A DNA stretch of 54,631 nucleotides from Guillardia theta CCMP2712 (lineage: Eukaryota > Protista > Cryptophyta): the NCBI RefSeq assembly GCF_000315625.1, contig NW_005434514.1, positions 70,740-125,370 of the forward strand, given 5' to 3'. The position numbers and the translations under genes were made by a program. The first letter of the stretch is position 1. Every line of letters starts with the position of its first letter. A model generated the notes under the pieces. That model was not told the DNA's origin. It did not search any database and saw only the letters and a program-made list of their open reading frames with translations. Of the stretch, positions 36,369-46,798 are shown piece by piece.

Positions 36369-37130
36369 AGAAGAGAGGAGAAAAGGATTCCGCTCTCACG
36401 TGGGAAGAGGCTTGCCGTCTTTCATCCAACAAATGCCGCAACCGATTCTGCATGGTTCCATTCACACCTTCCTCTTCCTCTTCCTCCTCCTCCNNNNNNN
36501 NNNNNNNNNNNNNNNNNNNNNNNNNNNNNNNNNNNNNNNNNNNNNNNNNNNNNNNNNNNNNNNNNNNNNNNNNNNNNNNNNNNNNNNNNNNNNCTCCTCC
36601 CCCCTTTTTTAGCCGCAAGAACATGTAACAACACCCCCCCCCCCCCCCCCCCCGGCTCCTCCCTCCCCCCCCCCCCCCCCCCCCCCTCCTCCTCCTCCTC
36701 CTCCTCCTCCTCCTCCTCCTCGATCTCTTGCTCCACCCACTCGCTCCTTTCCTATACCTTCTTCCCGTCTTGGCTCTCAAAGATGGTAGAAGAAACCTGC
36801 CAGAACGGTGGGTCAGTGAAGATCATGCAAGGAAAAGCGACTAAGAAGGAGAGGACGGAGGAGGAAAAGGAGGAGAGAGAGGAGGAGAGAGGAGGGAGGG
36901 CGGGGGGGTTGAAGGAAGGGATGTAGGAGGGAGGGATTGGGGTGGTATAACAAAATCTTCTTATTTCTCTGTACCGGGTTCTCAACCGAAATTTTTCTCT
37001 CAAGCTCGAAAGAGACTATCTTTTGGCCTGTATGAAAAGAGTCAGGAGGATGACGCAATTTGAGTGAGAGAGTGGAGGGAGCGATGAACAAGAAGAACGG
37101 CAGTGATGGGCGAAGTCATTGCTGTAGGAT

Positions 37131-37184
<54 letters not shown>

Positions 37185-38589
37185 AAAGAAGAGGAGTAGA
37201 ATGAGGATGAGGATGACGAGGAGGACGTGGATAGGCCGAGGACGAGAGAACAGACGGAGAAATTTTACGGAAGGAGCATGTGGACATGAGATGAGAGGAG
37301 GAGCAGAGATTCGATTGAAGTTTCACCTTCATTTGTCTTCCTTTCGACCTCGATGGAAACCTGTAACATCGTCAACCTCTTCTACTCCTCTTGCAACACT
37401 GCTTTCCTCCCCCTCGTCCTCCTGCTCATTCATGTTCCTCCTCCACCACCCCAAACACCCCCACCACTTCCTTCTCCTCCTCCTTCTCGCTCCTACCTCC
37501 TCCTGCCTCCTCCTTTTCCACTTTCCCTCCTCACCTTGCTCCCCTTCACTCCTTGCAGCATTTCAGTGGCGTCGAACGGCGTCAGCCCCTTCATGGCGAC
37601 CCCGTCGATGCTCACGAGTCGATCGCCTTTCTGCACTCCTGCGGATGCCATGAGCGGAAACGAGAGACATTCGCTTCTTGTGATCTATCTCTCTTCCCCT
37701 CCCCCCCTTCCCGTATCACCTCACCTCCTCTCATTCTTCTCCCCTTCCCTCCTCCTCCTCCTCCTCCTCCTCCTCCTCCTTCTCCTCGTTCCATCCTCCT
37801 TCTCATCCTTCCCCTCTCCTTCCTCCGCTGCCCCGTCTCCTCCCTCTCTCATCTTCACCTGCATCAGCAGCTGTAGATCCAGCAAGCGGAGGATACCCGA
37901 TCAGCAGCCCCTGCTCATCCTGATTGACCGCGAGGCCAACCCCTGTAGCATCGTACTTGGTAAGCTTGACGAACTCGGAGGGAGGGAGGAAGCGAGTGTA
38001 GCGATCGCCCAGCTTCTTCAACACCTTCTTGATCTCCTTGTACGTCTCCTTCCTGTTCTCGAGCTTCTTTTCTTCCAGCTCCTTCTTCAACCCCTCCCAT
38101 GACACGCTGTTGTACTCATGCAGCTCGCTGCTCCGCGCGACGCCTTCCTTGTTGGAGAGGTCGATGAAGTGACGGTCGACCACGTCCATCGCCTCAAACA
38201 GCAGCGCATGCTCTGCATCTTTCATGTCCTTGCTCTCCTCTGCTGGAGCGACTGCTGGGTTGAACAGGTACATAGAGAAGGCCAGCAAGAGCATCAGGGG
38301 AGCCCTCTGCAGGAAGCGCATGGCATCTACGGGTGCCTGCTGCTTGCAAGTGATCAGACATCTCCTCGTTGTCTTGTTGCCTCCTCGAGTCTTCATCGTC
38401 CGGCTACAACGACTGGTCCTGCATTGAGCCGAAACTTGCCCGAACTTGAGGGGTAGGGAGACAAAGCAGGACAAGGGATCAGAGGGGAACGCTGCTGCTC
38501 TCGATGATGCTGAACAGGATGGAGACAATGATCGAGGTGAAGCTGACGATGAAGAGCATGGCGACAGCGCCATTCTCGTTTCTCTCCAT
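35010..38589 (-). CDS. ctpA: Carboxyl-terminal processing peptidase (S41A, photosystem II D1 protease CtpA-like), plastid-lumen targeted
   Basis: LKKLGDRYTRFLPP, ATGVGL and a PDZ domain (GSTAADAG|VQKGDRLVSIDG). Catalytic Ser motif VLVDDKSASASE|VLAGSLKDNCRAVVVG, Lys motif SYGK, and VGIVPDV. Part of the protease domain falls in N gaps. Confidence 0.9.
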
Positions 38590-38702
38590 CGCCCCATGGC
38601 GGTTGGTTGCCCTGCGGATCCTGCCATGATTTTCGGCCCCCCACAAAAAAGGCAAGAAAGAAAAATTACGAAGAAAAAACGGTTTTACACAGCCAATAGT
38701 GA

Positions 38703-39045
38703 AGGCCTCACTCAGGCTCGCCGGGCCCACCTCAGTCACCGTCACGGTCGCCGGGCCCCGACTGTGAGTTCGGGGCGACCGGCGCCGAGCCGGGCCAGCC
38801 GCCGCGGCGGATGCCGCGGCGGACACCGGGCCACCGTGATCGTGCGGAAGGCCCTGGGGTTCGCCTGCCCGCACAGCGGCACGGCCATTTAAACTCCAGC
38901 TCCCGTACGGTACTCGGATGATCATCTCGTGGTCGCTCGGACTCAGTCGGAGCGTCCGATCCTCGCCAGGCCGCCCGGCACTGCGAGCGTAACTTCGGAG
39001 ACCGGCATGACGCAGGCTACCGTACCGTGTTTGCCACGGACTGGC
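38703..39045. promoter_or_regulatory. GC/CpG-rich island upstream of ctpA
   Basis: Same word composition as the other islands, with an AT-rich flank toward the gene. Confidence 0.5.
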
Positions 39046-39961
39046 CTGATGGAACAAAAACTCTCCTGTAAACCAAGACGACTTACGTGTTTTGCGAGGC
39101 GGCATGTAGCGTGTGACAGTGTGGGACGAAGAGGGGGCTTTTCCTAGCCGTCTCAGCTTGCTAAGGTCCTCTCATGTCTGGATGCTTGGGTTTCACATCC
39201 TAGCATACAGTCTATCACTCATGTGCTCCTCAATTCTGGTTTTGTGTGCATTAAACTCGGTCTTGAGCAAAAACTGTCTTGTTACAACTAAGGTCGATGT
39301 CACGTGATATCTGCGTGACTTTGGACTAGTACAAGTCTAACAAACTTGTATTCCGTCATGGCCCGGCCGGGCTGGCCAGGCACCGCCGTTCACCCTCGGT
39401 CGACCAACACTACTTGAATGACCAGCACTATTCGGATGACCCAGCCCGGCTGCCAGTACAGGCCGGGCCGGACCCGGGCCCCGACCGTCAGTACTGTACC
39501 GACGGTGACTCGTGACCGTGACTCCAGTCCGAGGCCGGGCGGGGATGAGGGGGCCCGGGGAAAGGGAGTTAACCCCGCAGCTAGACGGACCCCCTCAGCC
39601 TCCCAGAGATTACAGGCAATACCCCTGGTGGGTACTTCGTATGGGTGGGGTACAATCAGAGGGCAAAGGAGGGGTGGGGAAGGACGGCCTTTGGTGTGAG
39701 CTGCCTTGATGGCAACCAGTAGCGCGATGGTTGTGTTGGTGCGTCCCCTCCTCCCCTCGCCGCTCCTCGCTAGTCCCTCCCTCTCCTGAGCTCTGCCGCC
39801 TGCTGACCCCCAGCCGCCGCTCTTGCCTGCGCGATGGGCACAAGGTCTCGGTAGAGGTGGTGTATCAGCTCTCGCGCGCGCAATCCGGGTGAGTCTGTAC
39901 AAGCGTCAGAGGGAGGAAGGAGATGAAGAGCGAGGGCTAGCTTCTCTTGGTCGCAGGAGAG

Positions 39962-42900
39962 ATGAAGCTCTCTGTCATCTTGCTGCATGCCGTGATCGGC
40001 TCGCTTCTTCCGTTGCATGCGTCCTCGCAGTGTGAGCGGCTGCTGGAGCAAGGCTTCGGCGGGGGAAGCTTCATCCATGGGAGCATATCATGGCGGCGGG
40101 TGTCGATGTACACGGTGGAGTTTGAGGTGATGAGCACGTGGCGGCGGAAGTTCGCGTGGCCTTGCAACCAGCAAGGCTTCAGCGGGAGGGACGGTTGGCC
40201 AGCGCCAGGGGACCGAGTGCTGACAGCAGGGCTGGGGTACAAGGAGGATCAGAGTCAAGGGGAGACGGTGGGGATCAGCTTCGAGACAGGAGACGGGGCG
40301 AGGTATCCTTTCTGGATGAGGGTGGACTCAATCTCAGTAGAGGAAGACTGGATGATGGGCACGTTTCGAATGAATCATACCTACCAAAGGGGCTATGAAT
40401 CATGCTCAAGTAACCAGTCAACTTCACCTTACATTTGCAATCCATGGACAGCGAGGCTGGCAGGGTGCTGCCGGTACAACTACTCCGGAAGCTTCGCGAT
40501 AGAGTCGCAGGTCGACCTCTCGAGCTTCAACGCCTCGTTTCGGATCGTGACCATGCCCGTCGTGTTTGCTCCGGTCGAGGCGAGCACGCGAGCGTCTACG
40601 ATATGCTTCATACCTCGGTCGGGGATGGTGTCGAGGAGCGGGGGGACCGTGGGCTATCCCCTGGACGACTACGTGTATCAGAACGCGTCCTGGTCGCTGG
40701 TGGGATCGTACGCGGGTCAGGTCGGCTTGCTGTACAACAGGTCGGCCATGGGGGAGTACTGCGTGGGACTGGAGGTGCAGCCAGGTACCGGGATGGCAGT
40801 GACGGTGATGCTGAGCGTGGGGAACCTCAACTCGACATGCGAGCTTCAGGTCAGGGCGGCGAGCGCGAGCAGCCGCTTGCCGTCCAACACGACGCTGAGG
40901 TGTTGGAGCGAGGAGTGCGCGTCGCACATGGAGGTGTTTTTCGGGTACGACTTTCCCCGGCTGTACCCCGGGGAGATCGCGAGGGCGATGGCGGACATGT
41001 ATGCAGAGAACAAGGACGGGAAGCCTCTGGAGGTGCGGTACAGGTTTGCCAGCAAGGAGCTGGCGAGCGCGGTGGTGTCGTCGGACAGCAGGGCGGTGGA
41101 GAGCGTTTACAGCTGGAACCTGTCAGAGGCTGGGCTGCACTCGAGCTTCACGCTGAACCACTTCAGCACGCCTGAGGACACGTACGTGACGGACATACAC
41201 GTGCTCTACTCGCAAGCAGTCGACCAGGCCCAGCTGCCTCTGTACGGCAGCTTGTCGTCTGCATCACCGACGCCGGGAGAGTACACTGTGAACGTGACGT
41301 CGGTGTTCACGACGTTCCCGGCGAACGTGCTGGTGCTCTCACCCGACCCGAGCAGTCAGAGCTCTCATGGCTGGTCCTTCATGTACTACAAGACGCTACT
41401 CCGCCTGACCAAGCTGAGCATGTCGACGGACGCGTACGAGCTACGAGCTATCACAGACATACGACTGGTGAACAGCAGCAAGGAGGCAGAGCCTTTGCTG
41501 CGAGAGGGCTACGTGATGCTGGGGGAGAACCTGCTGGGGCCGGGGTCAGTCGGAGAGATCTACTTGCTGTACAAGCGGGGCACGGACCCGCCAATCATCG
41601 ATGTCTCGATCAGCAACATCAGCGGATACAGCGCGGTAGGAGAGGGGAAGGGGGAGAGGAGGAGATCGAGAGGGGAGGGGAGGGGGAGGGGCACCAGAGT
41701 ACATGTATGCGAGAAGAGGGATTGGGAGGCTGGAGTTGGGGCGGGGAGTAACGCAGGATGTTGGCTGCAGGTAGAAGCTTCCTCCTATTTACCAGCAGTG
41801 GGAGCAAATTCAACGGAAACGGAATATAGAGTAGTGCTGTACTACCTGAAGAAGCCGCTGAGCTCTCTGTCGATGAGCTTCTTGTGGACGCCTTGCGAGG
41901 CTGACGTGGGAGTCTACGTGATCTGCGCTCAGCTGGTAGACTCGTTGAGCGGTAAGACGTGCGGGCGGTAGGAGGGAGGAGGCTGACATGTGGTCGTGTG
42001 TGCTGGCACGTCAGGTGGAGGCGGCAGGACCCAGTGCACGTCGGTGACGGTCGGTCGAGCTCCTGCGCCGTACACGGAGGCGCTGCCGGTACAGGTAGCG
42101 ACGATGGGAGAGGAGGTAGGAGGAGAGGGCGGGGGCGGGGGCATGGGAGCTGAGGAGATGGTGAGCAGCAACGGATCGTCTTCACGGTGGCGCGGCAGGA
42201 CCAAGGCTTTGCCGAGTACTACAGGCTGCCGTCGATCCGTCTCTCGCGCATCCTGTAAGCTCAGAGGCTGGCGGGCTAGAGCTGGGGGCAGGGAGTGACG
42301 GGGCGGACGGCAGGGGGAACGTGCCGTCGCGTGTGGGGAACCTGACCACCTTTGAGCCGCTGCATCCTGTGGTGGAGATGCGGGTCAACGGGGCGACGAC
42401 GATGACGCTGAGCAACGTGAGCGTCTTCGAGAACAAGACGCGGCTGGACGGGTCGAGGTACTCCTTCCAGGGGCTCTACAACGGGAGCATCGTGTGGACC
42501 CCGAGCCACCAGCTCAGCGGGTGGCAGGGAGCGATGTGCCTGACGACGTGCGTGTACCCGTTGACCTGTCGGGGGTGGAGCCGGGAGAGGAGGGCGGAGT
42601 GCTCGGAGTACTGCATCCCAGTGAGGGTGGAGCGGTGCAAGTGGTACGTGTCGCGGGCACAGACGTACACGGAGATAGCGGGGCTGTTCTCGACGAGCTC
42701 GCTGCTGGTACGAGACGAGAGGGGGGAAGAGGGAGGAGCTGACAGGGATGGGCAGCTCTGGTACATGAACCCAGTAAGGCAGTCCAGTCTGCATTACGAC
42801 AACTTTCAAAGCTTAACGCCAGGTTACAATTTTATGATCTACCCTGGAGAGGTAGGAGGAGGAGACGGGGGGAAGGAGGAGGGGACTGAGACAGGCTGCG

Positions 42901-43185
42901 CAGACGATCAATGTTGGTCGGAAGTATCTGTCAGAGTATGAGAATGTACAAGTGTGAAAGATGTTTCAATGTTCGACTGAAAGTCTCTCAGATTTTTGAT
43001 GTCGCACAATACTTTGGTATGAGCACCTCGGACATCTTGAGGATGAACGTCGACCTCAACTCCAGCGTTCTCAACAGCGACAAACAATTAAATCAGGTAC
43101 AGGAGTAGGCAGGTATGTTGCGATATGATCTTACGTGCTGGAACAGGATCTTTGTATAGTACCAAACGTGTGCGTGATGTTGTAA
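39962..43185 (+). CDS. Secreted multidomain protein, copy A: signal peptide, Sib-like N-terminal domain, MABP beta-prism, two LysM motifs
   Basis: Signal MKLSVILLHAVIGSLLPLHASS. Sib-like FIHGSISWRR...LAGCCR. MABP-type AITDIRLV...GYVMLGENL...IYLLYKR...PIIDV. LysM1 WYVSRAQTYTEIAGLF...LWYMNP...IYPGE|TINVG. LysM2 IFDVAQYFGMSTSDILRMNVDL...NQ|DLCIVPNVCVML*. Confidence 0.8.
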
Positions 43186-43515
43186 TGTGCGAGCAGAAGG
43201 ATCAGCGCTGACGGTCTCATGACCTTGCAGTTGGGAATCTTTTCTATGTACAGAGAAATGAAGAAAACCCTCGATCAGTGCAACTTTGTGTATATCGCAC
43301 TTGGTTTCCCTCTTGAACAATCCTAGCATCTCCATGTAAGATCGCACGCTCTGATTGTGGAAAGAATTTGGCGAGATGGTTGAATCTAGTGTAGAAACAG
43401 AAAATAAATGTAACAAGACACAGACACGAGTGTTTCAGCTAATCATTTACAAGAGCTCATTTCCTCATTCCAGCCCATGTCAAATCGTCGATCTAAACAA
43501 CTTGTACGGGGAACA

Positions 43516-46500
43516 TCATTTGAAAATGCATATGTTTGGTACTATACAAAGATCCTGTTCCAGCACGTAAGATCATATCGCAACATACCTGCCTACTCCT
43601 GTACCTGATTTAATTGTTTGTCGCTGTTGAGAACGCTGGAGTTGAGGTCGACGTTCATCCTCAAGATGTCCGAGGTGCCGATGCTGAACAGAGCAGCTAC
43701 ATGGGAAACCTGAGGTGATAGGTAAGACACAAGACAACGACCTCAAGTCGCTCATACATTCTTTCCAGTCGAATGAAACAACCTTCCAACATTGATCGTC
43801 TGCACAGCCTGTCTCAGTCCCCTCCTCCTCCCTCCCGTCCCCTCCTCCTCCCTCCCGTCTCCTCCTCCTCCTACCTCTCCAGGGTAGAACATAAAATTGT
43901 AACCTGGCGTTAAGCTTTGAAAGTTGTCGTAATGCAGACTGGACTGCCTTACTGGGTTCATGTACCAGAGCTGCCCATCCCTGTCAGCTCCTCCCTCTTC
44001 CCCCCTCTCGTCTCGTACCAGCAGCGAGCTCGTCGAGAACAGCCCCGCTATCTCCGTGTACGTCTGTGCCCGCGACACGTACCACTTGCACCGCTCCACC
44101 CTCACTGGGATGCAGTACTCCGAGCACTCCGCCCTCCTCTCCCGGCTCCACCCCCGACAGGTCAACGGGTACACGCACGTCGTCAGGCACATCGCTCCCT
44201 GCCACCCGCTGAGCTGGTGGCTCGGGGTCCACACGATGCTCCCGTTGTAGAGCCCCTGGAAGGAGTACCTCGACCCGTCCAGCCGCGTCTTGTTCTCGAA
44301 GACGCTCACGTTGCTCAGCGTCATCGTCGTCGCCCCGTTGACCCGCATCTCCACCACAGGATGCAGCGGCTCAAAGGTGGTCAGGTTCCCCACACGCGAC
44401 GGCACGTTCCCCCTGCCGTCCGCCCCGTCACTCCCTGCCCCCAGCTCTAGCCCGCCAGCCTCTGAGCTTACAGGATGCGCGAGAGACGGATCGACGGCAG
44501 CCTGTAGTACTCGGCAAAGCCTTGGTCCTGCCGCGCCACCGTGAAGACGATCCGTTGCTGCTCACCATCTCCTCAGCTCCCATGCCCCCGCCCCCGCCCT
44601 CTCCTCCTACCTCCTCTCCCATCGTCGCTACCTGTACCGGCAGCGCCTCCGTGTACGGCGCAGGAGCTCGACCGACCGTCACCGACGTGCACTGGGTCCT
44701 GCCGCCTCCACCTGACGTGCCAGCACACACGACCACATGTCAGCCTCCTCCCTCCTACCGCCCGCACGTCTTACCGCTCAACGAGTCTACCAGCTGAGCG
44801 CAGATCACGTAGACTCCCACGTCAGCCTCGCAAGGCGTCCACAAGAAGCTCATCGACAGAGAGCTCAGCGGCTTCTTCAGGTAGTACAGCACTACTCTAT
44901 ATTCCGTTTGCGTATTTGCTCCCACTGCTGGTAAATAGGAGGAAGCTTCTACCTGCGGCCAACATCCTGCGTCACTCCCCGCCCCGCTTCTGTGCCCCTC
45001 TCCTCCTCTCCCTTGGGCCCCCCGTCCCTCCCAATCCCTCTTCTCGCATACATGTACTCTGGTGCCCCTCTTCCTCCCCTCCTCTCCCCTCCTCTCCCCT
45101 CCTCTCCCCCTTCCCCTCTCCTACCGCGCTGTATCCGCTGATGTTGCTGATCGAGACATTGATGATTGGCGGGTCCGTGCCCCGCTTGTACAGCAAGTAG
45201 ATCTCTCCGACTGACCCCGGCCCCAGCAGGTTCTCCCCCAGCATCACGTAGCCCTCTCGCAGCAAAGGCTCTGCCTCCTTGCTGCTGTTCACCAGTCGTA
45301 TGTCTGTGATAGCTCGCAGCTCGTACGCGTCCGTCGACATGCTCAGCTTGGTCAGGCGGAGTAGCGTCTTGGAGTACATGAAGGACCAGCCATGAGAGCT
45401 CTGACTGCTCGGGTCGGGTGAGAGCACCAGCACGTTCGCCGGGAACGTCGTGAACACCGACGTCACGTTCACAGTGTACTCTCCCGGCGTCGGTGATGCA
45501 GACGACAAGCTGCCGTACAGAGGCAGCTGGGCCTGGTCGACTGCTTGCGAGTAGAGCACGTGTATGTCCGTCACGTACGTGTCCTCAGGCGTGCTGAAGT
45601 GGTTCAGCGTGAAGCTCGAGTGCAGCCCAGCCTCTGACAGGTTCCAGCTGTAAAAGCTCTCTACCGCCCTGCTGTCCGACGACACCACCGCGCTCGCCAG
45701 CTCCTTGCTGGCAAACCTGTACCGCACCTCCAGAGGCCTCCCGTCCTTGTTCTCTGCATACATGTCCGCCATCGCCCTCGCGATCTCCCCGGGGTACAGC
45801 CGGGGAAAGTCGTACCCGAAAAACACCTCCATGTGCGACGCGCACTCCTCGCTCCAACACCTCAGCGTCGTGTTGGACGGCAAGCGGCTGCTCGCGCTCG
45901 CCGCCCTGACCTGAAGCTCGCATGTCGAGTTGAGGTTCCCCACGCTCAGCATCACCGTCACTGCCATCCCGGTACCTGGCTGCACCTCCAGTCCCACGCA
46001 GTACTCCCCCATCGCCGACCTGTTGTACAGCAAGCCGACCTGACCTGCGTACGATCCCACCAGCGACCAGGACGCGTTCTGATACACGTAGTCGTCCAGC
46101 GGATAGCCCACGGTCCCCCCGCTCCTCGACACCATCCCCGACCGAGGTATGAAGCATATCGTAGACGCTCGCGTGCTCGCCTCGACCGGAGCAAACACGA
46201 CGGGCATGGTCACGATCCGAAACGAGGCGTTGAAGCTGGAGAGGTCGACCTGCGACTCTATCGCGAAGCTTCCGGAGTAGTTGTACCGGCAGCACCCTGC
46301 CAGCCTCGCTGTCCATGGATTGCAAATGTAAGGTGAAGTTGACTGGTTACTTGAGCATGATTCATAGCCCCTTTGGTAGGTATGATTCATTCGAAACGTG
46401 CCCATCATCCAGTCTTCCTCTACTGAGATTGAGTCCACCCTCATCCAGAAAGGATACCTCGCCCCGTCTCCTGTCTCGAAGCTGATCCCCACCGTCTCCC

Positions 46501-46798
46501 CTTGACTCTGATCCTCCTTGTACCCCAGCCCTGCTGTCAGCACTCGGTCCCCTGGCGCTGGCCAACCGTCCCTCCCGCTGAAGCCTTGCTGGTTGCAAGG
46601 CCACGCGAACTTCCGCCGCCACGTGCTTATCACCTCAAACTCCACCGTGTTCATCGACACCCGCCGCCATGATATGCTCCCATGGATGAAGCTTCCCCCG
46701 CCGAAGCCTTGCTCCAGCAGCCGCTCACACTGCGAGGACGCATGCAACGGAAGAAGCGAGCCGATCACGGCATGCAGCAAGATGACAGAGAGCTTCAT
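43516..46798 (-). CDS. Secreted Sib-like/MABP/LysM protein, copy B
   Basis: Reverse-complement paralog with intact frame and splice sites. LysM2 reads RLFHSTGKN|VSHVAALFSIGTSDILRMNVDL...NQ|DLCIVPNICIFK*. Confidence 0.8.

Noticed and set aside
39095-39310. SRP RNA (TGTAG Alu-like motif) or a spliceosomal U snRNA
   Set aside because: No SRP helix-8 motif and no U1, U2, U4, U5 or U6 signature; kept only as an unassigned ncRNA candidate.
40435-41175. 246-aa alternative-frame ORF present in both arms
   Set aside because: Stop-poor off-frame reading of GC-rich coding DNA; its conservation simply reflects arm identity.
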